A DNA stretch of 64,000 nucleotides. It comes from Botryllus schlosseri (Eukaryota). How positions within the stretch are numbered: the stretch's first letter is position 1; every line of letters begins with the position of its first letter. Below, piece after piece: positions 50,680 through 63,139 of the stretch. Location of the stretch: the NCBI GenBank assembly GCA_051294905.1, contig CM119371.1:34412001-34476000 (forward strand). The letters are read 5' to 3'. The notes below the pieces were generated by a model, which was not told the origin of the DNA, did not search any database, and saw nothing but the letters and a program-made list of their open reading frames with translations. The position numbers and the translations under genes were made by a program.

Positions 50680-51135
50680 ATGGCGAAGAATCGGCTGCAG
50701 TTCGAGTGTCGAAAGATCGCTCAAGAAATACAAGCGAATCCCGAGATCTTACAAGCAGGGCCGCTGGACGACTCGAACATCTACGTTTGGCAAGCAATAT
50801 TGCGAGGACCATCTGAAACACCATACGAGGGCGGAAGATTCCAGCTTAGAGTCGAATTTCCAACGGAATATCCATTCAAGCCCCCCAAAATTAAGTTCGA
50901 AACCAAAATTTTCCATCCGAATATAAGTCGACGGGGTACAGTCTGCGTTGATATCCTCGCCAACGAGTGGTCTCCTGCTTTAACTTTAGTGAAGGTGCTG
51001 GTGTCGATTTCATCATTGCTAGCTTCACCGAATCCAGACGACCCAATGGATGCAGAAAGCGCTCGATTGTACCAAGAGAATTTCGCGCATTATCAGACAA
51101 TGGCGAGGAATTGGACGGATGCGTATGCCAGATGA
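50680..51135 (+). CDS. UBE2D-like: Ubiquitin-conjugating enzyme E2, UBE2D/Ubc4-like, intronless, 151 aa (copy 2)
   Basis: Complete UBC fold with HPN motif and catalytic Cys (HPNISRRGTVCVDIL), YPFKPP, WSPAL, PNPDDP. Confidence 0.95.
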   Translation: MAKNRLQFECRKIAQEIQANPEILQAGPLDDSNIYVWQAILRGPSETPYEGGRFQLRVEFPTEYPFKPPKIKFETKIFHPNISRRGTVCVDILANEWSPALTLVKVLVSISSLLASPNPDDPMDAESARLYQENFAHYQTMARNWTDAYAR

Positions 51136-51950
51136 ATCCGACGACACCGTTACTGGGGAGAAGATTTAGGCATAGAGAACTGGATTGCAAATCAAACGCA
51201 GAATATCCATATCAAGATACACATGAAGCAGCTAATTTATTTCGCAGCATTTCTGGTTGTCTCATCCTTGTAACGCTGCCTACCTCAATTCTTACACAAG
51301 CTTCTCTTTCATTTCTTATTGCATTCAATTATTTATATGCTTTGTTAGGCAAATTTCTTATTCAACTGTGTGCACATGATAAATCATACATTATAAATGC
51401 AATACATTTTTGGCTTACAATCGTATATTTGAAACTTGATTTTACTATGGGAGAGATTCGGTTAACAAGTCCGATGGAAGATCAAACCACACCATTAATT
51501 CATGCGCATATCGTTGCGCAAGGAACTAAAAATGATACTTCCCATTTCAGTTAGTCATTTAGGGGAACTGTACTTCGTAATATAGAATGGATCACGTAAA
51601 ATGTTGAAAGGGTATGACTTAATACGTGGGAAGCACGCCTGGTTATGTATGCATCACATGCCGTAATGATTTAGGGAGAAAACCGACAATACTGTGTCCT
51701 CATTTATTGCCTGCAGCTGGGTTGCTGTCTCACTGGTCTCTTACTGGTAGCAGAGTAGGATATTACGAGTCGTTGCTTAATGCAGATAACCCAGGGATTT
51801 CTAAAACTTTTCTTCTAAAACTTTTTTAGAAATCCCTTGGATAACCGCATGAAGTCATATCCAGCCATCCTATAACATGCACTGGATTCTCTCACTCATA
51901 AGATAGCCGCAGTGCTATTCAACCTTTTTCATCGTTGTACAGATGTACAC

Positions 51951-52537
51951 TAGGGCTGTTCAAAAATAACTTTTTTTTCCGGATTCCAGCCATTCACTGA
52001 TTAAATTGTCAGGTTACTTAAAAAAACGCTGCACACCAAATTTGGTTACATTCCAACGAGTATAGGACTCCGCAGATCCAATTAAAAATTTTAATTTATT
52101 ATGGAAAATTAAAAAAAAAAATTCAAATTTTTCTGCCAACCCCATGAAATTGTTGAGCTGTCTTCAAAGTCGTTGCAAAACAAATTTGAGTCAATTCCGA
52201 CCAGTAGAAGCGGAGTTATGTGAGTTTTTCGATAACAATCCTCGGATTATCTTTGATCGGTGGATTATCCGCGATTTATCAACGAAAAACTCACATAACT
52301 CCGCTTCTACTGGTCGGAATTGACTCAAATTTGTTTTGCAACGTCTTTGAAGACAGCTCAACAATTTCACGGGGCTGGGAAAATTAAAATTAAAAATTTT
52401 GATTGTTTCTGCGGAGTCCTTTACTTACTTGGTAGAATTGAACCAAATTTGGTGTGCAGCGTTTTTTAGGGTAACCTGACAATTTAATCAGTGACTGGCT
52501 GGAATCCGAAAAAAATAGTTATTTCTGAACAGCCCTA
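51951..52537. mobile_element. Foldback hAT-type MITE (TAGGGCTGTTCA family)
   Basis: Inverted arms of ~280 bp. TIR TAGGGCTGTTCA.AAATAACT. Perfect TSD ATGTACAC (51943-51950, 52538-52545). Inserted into another MITE that starts CAGTGCTATTCAACC at 51910. Confidence 0.92.
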
Positions 52538-53120
52538 ATGTACACCCTTTTAACTTTTATTCGAAACACGTAGACCCCTGAGCACATAACACGCTGATTC
52601 CGTAGCAAGCCTAATCCAGGGGTGTTCAACCTTTTCGCTATTCACGGGCTTTTTCGATTCATACAACCACCATGGCATCTCGACGTCATACATATATACT
52701 TACGATAAATTAGCTACTGGAAACTTGGCATCGCGGATAGCCCTTGCGTATGAAAGCTTTTAACTGTGCCGTGGGCTTACTATATCGATACACCGAAATC
52801 GTGAGTTTAAATGCTAGGGAATGTTATCTGGATCGTCGACACTATTGGTTGGTTCATATAATACTGTCAAATCCATTATTCGCCCACGTGATCAGATTAA
52901 CTAACAAAGCTGATATAGGGGTGTCTTCACAAAATTTGGGCACAAAATTAATGATGATCCATCTTTCGGTTTTTATTAATCACTTTGTTGCATGTTGTTA
53001 ATTTTGACGTCCCACCAGGATTGTAGGCATAGTCGAAATATATATTAGAATCGCCCAAACGTAACAGAAATACCTTCATTCGTGAAACGCACACGATTCT
53101 GACTTGATATTTATTTATGG

Positions 53121-53561
53121 CAGTGGTTCCCCACCTTTTTCCAATCACTTACCATTTCGAGGTTTTATGCAGTGGTCGCGCACCGCCTACATAAGTTACG
53201 CGCGCCGAAGACGGTCAAAAATGTTTCCACCGTGTTGAGCTGCCGACGTCAGCGAAACAGAAAATAAACTGCGTATTTTAACGCGCAGTAAATGATTTTT
53301 GTAGTGGATCCATTGGAAATTCTTGTGGGTAAATATATTAACACGGAATCCCAATAGTTTACGACTGTAAATCTATTACCCGTAAGCCGTCTTTGGTGGG
53401 ATCTCCCCGACCCACGACGACGACGGCTTCAAAAAAACTCAAAATCAACCCCACCTAAATTAATAGCTCCATTTGGTCGAAAAAAGAACAGAATCTACTT
53501 GCGTACCAGAAGAACTTCACGTACCACTAGTGGTACGGTTACCACGGGTTGGAAACCACTG
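53121..53561. mobile_element. Charlie-type MITE
   Basis: CAGTGGTTCCCCACC / GGTTGGAAACCACTG. Perfect TSD ATTTATGG. Confidence 0.88.
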
Positions 53562-54280
53562 ATTTATGGGGTGCATCATTTTCCTCTGCGGTTCGCTTAT
53601 GGACGGTGTGGCGCAGATTACACTATTATACTAAAAACGAAAAATCACCTTGAATCGCACCAAACGTGAATAGGATTTTCAAGTTTAAGTAACTTCTCTC
53701 GTAGATTTAGGAACCAATTCGTAATTCAAATTGCATATTGACGGCGGTCAACACACGCTAATTTAATTATGTGTAGAGGACCGCATAATTATTGTTTAAC
53801 GGCTGCATGCGACCGTAACCCTGCAGATTTCCACCTCTGCACGGCCTGTTGAAATATGGATGAACAAGGCTGCAACGTATTGGGAATGCTAAATACTAAT
53901 TAGGGCTCTAGGTTACCGGACCACCACCTAATATAGTGTTTCGCAAACTCGACCCATTACCAAGGAATGCTGAACCAATGATGAGCATAAGCATTTGCTT
54001 ATGACATCACAAACGGAATGTAATTTACAAGCTGCGCGCAGCTGATATGAACATTGTATTATATTGCACAACCGGTCAACATGTTCTGAGGCATAGACTT
54101 GCCTATTCATTATGATAGCTAGTCATTGGTCCATTTCAATGCGGGTCTGGCACACTCCAGTACACCCGATCTGACTAGTACACCCTTTTATAATTTTGGT
54201 ACACCCCAGGGTGTACGAAACACCCGGTCGAAGAGCTAGGAGATAGGCTACAATTTGGATCGCGCAAAGTCAGATACAGA

Positions 54281-54519
54281 AATGTCCATTCTCGGTAATG
54301 TCCATTCTAGTTAATATACATTCTCGGTAATGTCCATCCTCGGTAAAATCCATTCTCGGTGGTGTCCATTCTCGGTAAAATCCATTCGCGGTGGTATCCA
54401 TTCTCGGTAATATACATTCTCGGTAGTGTCCATTCTCGGTAATGTCCATTCTCGGTAGTGTCCATTCTCGGTGGTGTCAATTCTCGGTAATGTCCATTCT
54501 CGGTAATGGCATTCTCGGT
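54281..54519. repeat. 16-bp minisatellite, ~15 units
   Basis: Consensus AATGTCCATTCTCGGT, head-to-tail with no spacers. Confidence 0.95.
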
Positions 54520-55271
54520 CATGAGAATTAGAAAAAGGTATTACCAAATCTGGCTATGCGCACCGGAGGAAAAACAAAAATCAATTTAAAACAAACATGT
54601 TTAAAAGATGGCGCATGTTTCAAACTTATTTTCAGCCATTTCGTCACGAATCGTTAATTTCGACGTCTTAATGGATTGACATTGACAATTAAAATGATAG
54701 GGTCGATATAACTCCTTTGACGAAAAAGTCTTCCGACCCCTGTCTTAAACGAGCCGAAAACTATCTTTCACAAGGACTACATCGTTATGCAGCATTTTTC
54801 TGCCGTCAGGAGATGTCCAAAGTCATGATATAATATTTTCTAATCTAAGCCGAACACCAAATTTTTCAAACCCTGATTTCGACTGTTATCAAAGCCAATT
54901 TAAACCCACATTCGATAACAAGACAACAAATGAGTAAATAAAAAGCTGATTATATCCGATATTATCAGAATGCTATTTGCAACCTAATTCAGCTTTACAA
55001 ACATCGTAAATCCAAATGCAGATCCCTTACTGGGAGTTACCCTTGAAAGTAGCTTGGATCAGACTCCACAATTAGTCAGTCTGATAGTGGCGTTATCATA
55101 CTGGTCCGTATCAACTGAATCCACATATTATAGAAGTGACATTTCTGATACTAATAGCAAGGAATGTCTGACAACCTTTTAACCGAAGAACGCGGTAGCT
55201 GAAGTGAGGACGTCATTCAACATGCCGATAAATGGCGGTCGGAATTGGCAGATACTAATGTCACTCTGTAG

Positions 55272-55764
55272 CAGTGGTTCCCAACCTTTTTGGATGTCGG
55301 AGTACTTAAGAAGCCGCATGAAAACACTCGAGCAGGCTACTTATAACAAAAATTTAAAGGTAACTATAGCCTACCTCTGGATCTCACCATCCAGCTAATT
55401 CAAAACCGTGCACAACTGCAAATAGACTTCTATAGATTCTTGATCGGTAATGTTAGCATTGATATGCGCAGATTAGCGAGTGCTATGCATTGAAATAAAC
55501 TGAAAATGCATATCATTGCTACAACATAGTATTATGTCGTTATGTGATAGTTCTTCGTACATTCCAGTACTTGATGTACAAGTTTGCGGGTGGTTATACG
55601 CTGAGTAATATTGAGCTTATTGCAATTTGTACTTGTCTGACGGGTATTCACTATTCATCCATGCCTTTGACGCTAGTGTTCAAGAATTCTCTTTCCCGGA
55701 TTTCTGGGGCGGCCTTGGACATGCGCATGCGGCTCCGAGATCCGCGGTTGGGTGGTAATCACTG
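55272..55764. mobile_element. Charlie-type MITE
   Basis: CAGTGGTTCCCAACC / GTAATCACTG. TSD CTCTGTAG/CTCTGGAG. Confidence 0.7.
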
Positions 55765-55847
55765 CTCTGGAGGCGTATACCGACAGGCACATGATTGGAC
55801 TATATTCCTAAAACTGAATGAAGAGCTTCATGGAGGTACAGAACTTT

Positions 55848-56050
55848 AATATACAATTGAATGGTGTATTCATATTAAAATAAATCGTAATATTTCGGCT
55901 GACACTCGTCAATCGTCATAGGTAATCGTCAGAGACTAGTAGAGAATTGAAGATAATACTGCATATCTACTTATTGCTGACGATTGCCCATGGCGAGTGT
56001 CAGCCGAAAATATTTGGGTTCAATTCAATATTAATATACTATGCAACTCA
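55848..56050. repeat. Inverted pair of hammerhead-containing repeats
   Basis: Minus copy ~55848-55967 (core region with a TGACGA duplication) and plus copy ~55972-56050 (GCTGACGATTGCCC-ATGGCGA-GTGTCAGCC-GAAAATATTT-GGGTT). Confidence 0.75.
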
Positions 56051-56946
56051 ATGACAATCTCACTGTGAAACTGTGCTATTCAGATGACTAGTCATGTCAG
56101 GTTATATTGGTGACTGGGCTTATTGTGAACGCGACTGACCCTACTGTGAACGCGAGTGAACTTATTGTGAACGCAGCGATCTGAGCGTCGCGTTACGTAC
56201 AATATGGATAGCGCGCAATGCGCACACGATGAAGAGCTAACCTCTAACGCAGTGGTTCCCATTTTTTTTCCAAAATAAACGTATCAAAAATGCGCAGGTT
56301 TGAAATAAAGCAGTTTGGGTAGAACGAGCTGCACACTGATGTTGAGAAATGTTTGCTTTACCTTTATTGCTTTTGTAATCTTGCGCAATTTTAGACAGCG
56401 ACAGCGGTAGCGGCAGTGATCAATGTCATGGATACTGGATTATCTGCTTCGGTAAAGTTACATTTCGCTAAGGAATATCTGGAATATCTATATAACACTC
56501 CCATACATTGTGTAACTACTTTTGGTCCGCGTAAATTTAGAAAAAATATGACGAAACTTCGCTCTCGCGCGAGATACGTAATACTGCGTTTGATTATTTG
56601 AGACGTCCGAGTTGCGTCACTCTATTGTCATAACTGTCACACGATTGCAACACGTATCAGAACATTAAATATTTCTGTTGTGGTATAAGCCTGACAATTC
56701 TAGCAAAATTCAGGAGAAACAAGGTGCTCGACCATTATGATTTCAATTTTTCAATAATAGTCGAATCATTTCTCTAGTTCTATCGCTCTCTTTTTCTCTG
56801 TTAGTGCACTGCATGTATATGTATAATCGTATATATTACTACTTCGTCCACGAAGCCAAGAAAGCTGCTGTAGAGCATCGGTAGATAAACTTTACTAAAC
56901 TATAATGGGATGACGAAGTCAGTTGATTTCGCAGATTCTCCATTGA

Positions 56947-57402
56947 ATGGCAAAGAACAGGCTGCAGTTCGAGTGGCGAAAGATTGCTCAAGAAATCCAA
57001 GCGAATCCCGAGATTTCACAAGCAGGACCGCTGGACGACTCGAATATATACGTTTGGCAAGCCATATTGCGCGGACCATCGGAAACACCGTACGAGGGAG
57101 GGAGATTTCATCTGAGAATTGAATTTCCAACGGAATATCCATTCAAGCCTCCGAAAATCAAATTCGAAACCAAGATTTTCCATCCAAACATAAGTCAAAG
57201 GGGTACCGTCTGTGTCGACATCCTCGCCAATGAGTGGTCGCCAGCTTTGACTTTGGTAAAGGTGCTGGTGTCGATTTCATCATTGCTAGCTTCACCGAAT
57301 CCGGACGATCCAATGGATGCCGAAAGCGCCAAGATGTACCAAGACGACTACATTCGTTATCAGAAGACGGCACGAAATTGGACGGATACGTATGCCAAAT
57401 GA
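56947..57402 (+). CDS. UBE2D-like: Ubiquitin-conjugating enzyme E2, UBE2D/Ubc4-like, intronless, 151 aa (copy 3)
   Basis: Complete UBC fold (HPNISQRGTVCVDIL); 135/151 residues identical to copy 2 by manual count. Confidence 0.95.
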   Translation: MAKNRLQFEWRKIAQEIQANPEISQAGPLDDSNIYVWQAILRGPSETPYEGGRFHLRIEFPTEYPFKPPKIKFETKIFHPNISQRGTVCVDILANEWSPALTLVKVLVSISSLLASPNPDDPMDAESAKMYQDDYIRYQKTARNWTDTYAK

Positions 57403-60400
57403 ATCCATGGATGTTCTTTTCGGGAGTACGAATCACGCGAAGCGCTGAAAAATTCGCACACTGAGCCGATGTTGAGCGCATACATAAGCTGATCTGTTTA
57501 TTGCATGCCTATGTCATTTTAGCATCCGTTATTTAATACCGCGGTCAATCGCGTACTTTTGATGTTTTTTTAACATGAAGTTAAATCATTCTCATCGTGT
57601 ATATATTTAACATCAAATGTGTCTATATTGTTTAAATAGTAGAATGTTCCATCGCATAAAATATGATGTTATACATACCACGTGCATACCACGAATAGAT
57701 CATAGTCGATTCAGGATCCATTCATAATTTGGGAAGGACTGTCAGATATGGCGATGGGGACTAAAGTCTTTAAACAACGGCGCAATATCGTGGGTTCATG
57801 GGGACGTATTGAGTATTGACGACGTCACGGTGAACATGTAAATGCGTCTAGACTAGATTGTTCCAGAACCATCATGATGACGTGCAAAGTTCTTAGCAAT
57901 ATAGGCTCAACGTAATTAACGCATTCATCTCGTGACCTGACCTTACAAAGCGCAATATTGCGAAATCGCAGCCGCACGCAACGTGGAATGTTGATTGTTG
58001 CTAGAGAGTATGTAGCTCATCGGCGCCGACGGCCGTTGGGAGAAATACACATGTTATTGAAATTTAGGCTCTAGCGCCATCACACGTATTCATTTCAAAA
58101 CGACATCCACCGTATCCCACTGGATAGCACACTGGTCTCGCAATCGCGACTCGACTCTCGCCGGCGGCCTAATGCGTAACCCACCAGCCACCGGTGAGCC
58201 AAATTGTTGCCAACAAACGGTCGTTTAGAACTTCAGACTAACGATCCGTTGTGGCAAACTCGATACGGGCAAAGTAAAGTGATGAGAAAGAGCTCTGCTG
58301 AATCAATACTAGTAAGCTTTCGGAGTTACCGGACTTCGATGTGATATATCGACTTTTCATTCAGTGTACAATGTACATGCCTGCTCTTTACATTGGCTAT
58401 AGTCAGTTTGGCGACTCTATCAGCTAATCCAGTCAGCTATTTACCGTTAATATTTCATACTTTACCAAATCACCCCACCCCACCACCCCGTTTCTTAAAT
58501 TGCATCGCCATTCTTGTGATAGACCTGTATTGAATCGAATAAATTTATCAAGAAAGGGATATTAGTTCTGTATCAATCATCACGTCGTGATTGTTTAGTT
58601 TACAATAATCGGCTGGTTTCCTTTCAGTAGTTCTTGAAGAGTCAACTTTTCCGGACGGTGTTCCCGAATCCTGACGATGCCGTGATATTGATGCTGATGC
58701 CGGCGATTATCATGTGGGTGGATGGATAACGATCTGATTACGCGGTTATATCCTCACTTGCCAAAACCGCGACATATTGCCTTTTACCCTTACAGCAACT
58801 TGCGTCCCGCGAAGAATTACTTGAGTGCCTGACTGGAATCGCTGGCCGTTTTGCCTGATATATCAGGTGAGCAGCGATGATTTTTCAAGGTAAAGTAATT
58901 TAATAAAAAATGATAAAGAAATAAAACATAGTGTGAGCACAGGACACCGATTCCATACAGGCTTGAGTGGTGTTCGGTCAACGCAATGGGTCTCGAATTT
59001 AAATGAGTATGGTGTGTCTCCACTATGGTCGCGTGGGCTAAGTGAATGCTAGAAAACACTATAATTAATTAAACATTCGTATGCTGACTTGGAACAAAAT
59101 ATTTGTGATAAATTTATTCCCTTTGTCTTAGTCGTAATCTGGCGCTAGCCCTGCGCTGTGAGGAACAGGCCTACAAAAGATTATACTGTAAACACCAGCG
59201 TTGGAATTTGGTTTACTAGTATGAAGTCGCGAATTGGGTTAATTTGAAGGCCGGGGACCTTTCGAGTCAGAAGTGCTACAGCAGTGCAACCACATATATT
59301 TGAATTGTATTTTCGTGTAGACTAAGTAATCCACGTAACCTGCACAGTGCACATAATACTTCCGCATTGACGTTTTCGCTACTGTGCTCTACTACTTTTC
59401 CGTACATTAATAAACTCAGTGCGCACTTTTTCGCCATCTCGGAGTATCATCAACTTGTTCCCAACAGTAACTAGAGAGAAACTTTAGAGCAGATAGTTAT
59501 AACGTGGCCTATGAGATGCCAGATCAAAAGAACGCAACTGGTTGTTTAGGCATCCTATCTGGTCATTACATCGCATTGGGTCTTGCATATCGCATGTACA
59601 TTCTGTGAATGTCTTGGGCAGATGGGAATATAATCCGACTATTATTGAATATTCAATAGAAATATTCCTTACTAAAAATCTAAAAATTTGTTTAAATGTG
59701 CTGGATGACACAAATATTTTTCAATCTAATCGGAATTGCTTCGCGGGCCGGATGCGGTCCGCGGGCCATATGTTTGACACCTTTGATCTAGCCGGAGTAG
59801 ATGCCTACCGTGTATTTCAGCGGTTCCCAAACTTTTTTCGACACGCCCCCCGTGATGATAGTGGAAAATTTCGCGTTCCTCTCATCGCCGCTATATTCAT
59901 TTATACCTACTTACTTACAAACAAGAATGTTTGCGATCCCAACGCATAGATTGACCATACCCTTTATAAATGCTATGCGGTTATGACGATTAAGATACCT
60001 CTCAAACATGACATTATAGGACTATACACGGGGTGATAATTATCAGCTGGAGGTAAATCGCGCGGAGCGAGAAAATATTTATAGTCGAATGATTTGTGAA
60101 AATTATTCATGTTCAATGATAACACGTATCATAGCAATTCTGGTGTCAACTACCATTTATTTCCTGACTTGGGCTTGGCTCAGGTGTACCTGACCAGAAG
60201 TTAAATAAGAAACCCATAGCGTGTAGCCCCGTTCTATACCACTTCGATTTAAATCCTCAATTTCTAAGATCCAAATGCATGTTACAATGACACATCGCAT
60301 GACCTTATAAGGAAATATTTTATTTCTTCATAGAGTTGTCTTATCACACGTTCAGCACAGATGCTTCACAGACAGTCAGATCATAAAAGCATCAGCTAAC

Positions 60401-60780
60401 ACCTACACGCGCAATCACCAGTTACTCCTAATTCAGAGAATATTCTGACTGGTATACAAGGTCCGGTTTCAGTTACAATCAAGCTTCGGTGTATGTATGG
60501 TACGACGCGGCCATGACATTTAAAATCATACTATAATTCGGATTATTGCCGTTGTTCAAACTTGGAAGTTTCAGCACATATTGAATTCATACAGAGTTCA
60601 AGAAACTTCATTTCTCTTAGGCGGCTTCGCCTCCCCCATCAGATGCTGTCAAGCTCTCAAGGAGGCGCCCCGCAGTTTGACAACTACCTACCTTTACGTA
60701 CTGTTTTATGTCCTAGGTTTCGAACAATTTGGTGCAAGAAAATGGCAACTGATATAGATGCGTATGCAATTGCCCTACGT

Positions 60781-61360
60781 GTTCAGTTCAGTTCGGGTTA
60801 TTTTTGATAATTTTATTGTTTCATAAACACCACAAGACAAGATAGGCCTACAGTGAAAAGATAGGATGATGTCGAAACGACTTGGAGTAGTCTTTGAAAA
60901 CAGACACCCACCCGGGCTTAGGCGATGTAAAGAGGATCGAGGCATGCGCTGTTGCACACTGAATGAAGAGTGAAAGAAAATAATATAAAAAAACAAGCGA
61001 AGAAATGAGGTGGCGTGTGACGGAAGGCGAGATCAATATGTCAGGTCGCTTTCCGGTAAACTTGCTGGCTGACTAGCATTTATTCAGTAGAAAATGCTTG
61101 TATTTCGACTTGAATGAGGACAACTGGACATGCTCGATGACTGTCGGATTCGGATAGCCGGCGAGATACTGTTCAACAATTCAGGTCCACCATATTTGAT
61201 AGAACGATGAGCTTTCCTGTCCACCATATGACAGTTGGGCGAGGAGGACGCGCGGATGATGTACATGTGCACTTTTGATTCCGAGGTAAAGAAATCATTG
61301 ACATTTTCAGGGGCAGTTACAGCAATGGATCCGATACATAAACTTGGCAAACTAGTTACG
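60781..61360 (-). mobile_element. 3' end of an L2/CR1-group LINE (ORF2 C-terminus, 3' UTR and tail)
   Basis: Minus strand APENVNDFFT....VHMYIIR....HRSIKYGGPELLNSISPAIR, then after a frameshift LSSFKSKYKHFLLNKC*. Followed by a 3' UTR, AATAAA and a (GAACT)n tail. Confidence 0.8.
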
Positions 61361-62533
61361 CAAGTCTTTTACTCAAAATATGTAAATCGCTCACACGTAC
61401 CAGACCACTTAAAACTAAAAGAAAACTCATTTGGTGCGGATGCACACGATTCCAAATCGCATTTCTTCCCGAGCTGCATATTTTTTTTTGCGTATTTTTC
61501 ATTTTTATTTTTCGGGAGGGGGTACCGACTACCCATAACAATATGGAAAGAAATTAAGTGACACTGAATGGCTCGAAGCGCGAAGAAAAATTCAAGTTGA
61601 ATAAATCTGCCCATAATACTTTACTATACATTAATTTTCGAAAGCAAGTCATTTTAAAAATTACGTCGCGGGCCACTTAAAACCTTCTCGGCTCGCGGAC
61701 CACGGGCTGGCCACCCCTGGCCCAGGGTTGCCAGATCGGCCCTTTTGGGGCGACATTTGCTAAATTTGACCCTTTTTAGAGGCAGTTGGCTCCAAAAAAA
61801 TTTCTTTGGCCCCTTGGCGAATTGTTTTCAATATTTAGCCCTTTTTGAAAGCAGTTAGCATGTAGTGTCAAACTAGCTATCTTTGGTGAAAAATCCAAAA
61901 AATTAAACATGTAAGTTGGATGCGTTTCAAATTTTTCCTAAAATTTCAAAAAATTTTATCATTAAAATTTTCATAGTTTTATTTTACGATTTTATATTCA
62001 GTTGTAAAAGGCTTGAAATATTAGCAGGTATTGAAGTTGAATTCGGTATCCCACAATACTATCAACAGTTGTAGTGGATTTGGGGTCCAACAGTATCAAC
62101 AATATAGATCTGGAATTCCCGCTGATTGACAAAAGGTCTCTATGGCAGGAGTCACCAACACGCGGCCCGCGACCTGCTGATTTCATATTTCGGAAGAACG
62201 CTTAAGCAATACTAAATAGATTACGTACAGGCGCGTAGGGGGGTTTCGGGGGTCGAAATCGCTTCTTTTTCAAACTCGAATCACTGTCCGTTTGAAATGT
62301 CCGTTCCATCTCCAATATTCAGTTGCAATTCAGTACCGTAATTCGTATTATCAGTGTTGTGTGCCGCCAATTATCGAGAATCGACTCTGCACAACAGCAT
62401 GCGATCTCCAGCTGAGATTGTCATTGATTGCTGCTATCGTCGCTGACGCCTGAAGTATCGCATCTGCAACAGGCCCCGCATGCTTTGGCTCCTATCTCTC
62501 CATGGTTTTGAAGCAATGTTTATACGTGTATAG

Positions 62534-62745
62534 CAGAGTTGGAGTAATTGTAATTTGTAATTGAGCTGAATGTATTTCATTACATTTCTTCATGAAATTG
62601 TAATTGTAATTGAAGCATTTTCATTTTGTGTAATTGTTATTGTAATTATAATTATATCAAATTTTTGCCTAATTACAATTTCAGTTATAGTACATTGTTA
62701 TTGAGACCTGACAAGCACAACACAAAATAATTGACGCTTCTTCGT
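62534..62745. repeat. (AATTGT/ACAATT)n-rich MITE terminus; same family at ~30310-30460 and 63871-64000
   Basis: Starts CAGAGTTGGA at 62534 and 63871; multiple AATTGTAATT / AATTACAATT units in all three copies. Confidence 0.65.
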
Positions 62746-63139
62746 TTTGCGATCAACAGCCAACCAGTGTTCATCGTGACACTAATAACTGTTTCCCATC
62801 AACATGTATACACTTTCCATTACCATTTACACTTTCGGAAACTGCCATACAACTTTACAAACGAAACTGGGACAGATTTCACATGCATATCACAATGCGA
62901 AACTGCAGCAAGAAGTCCGCCGCAACCTTTACTACTGCCAAATGTCGATTTGTACCTCAATGTAGCCTACATCGCCACGCTGACGCAATAGCTAAGATCA
63001 AGAACAATGGATTACTCGTATGTACCTGGCTTTAAACTATGGCATTATCTTTAGCAATAAAAATTTGGTCGAGTAAATAACAATCTCCCGTCATCATAGA
63101 GTAGCTATTTCGTAATGTGGTTTTAAAATACGTAGGAAC

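Noticed and set aside
50967..51554. 195-aa ORF, the longest in the track, and other ORFs overlapping the E2 genes
   Set aside because: Alternative-frame or antisense shadows of the E2 CDS running into AT-rich 3' sequence; non-ATG start and no recognisable domain.
54281..54547. Repeat-protein ORFs or CRISPR array
   Set aside because: Head-to-tail 16-bp minisatellite without unique spacers; the ORFs are translation artefacts; eukaryotic context with no cas genes.
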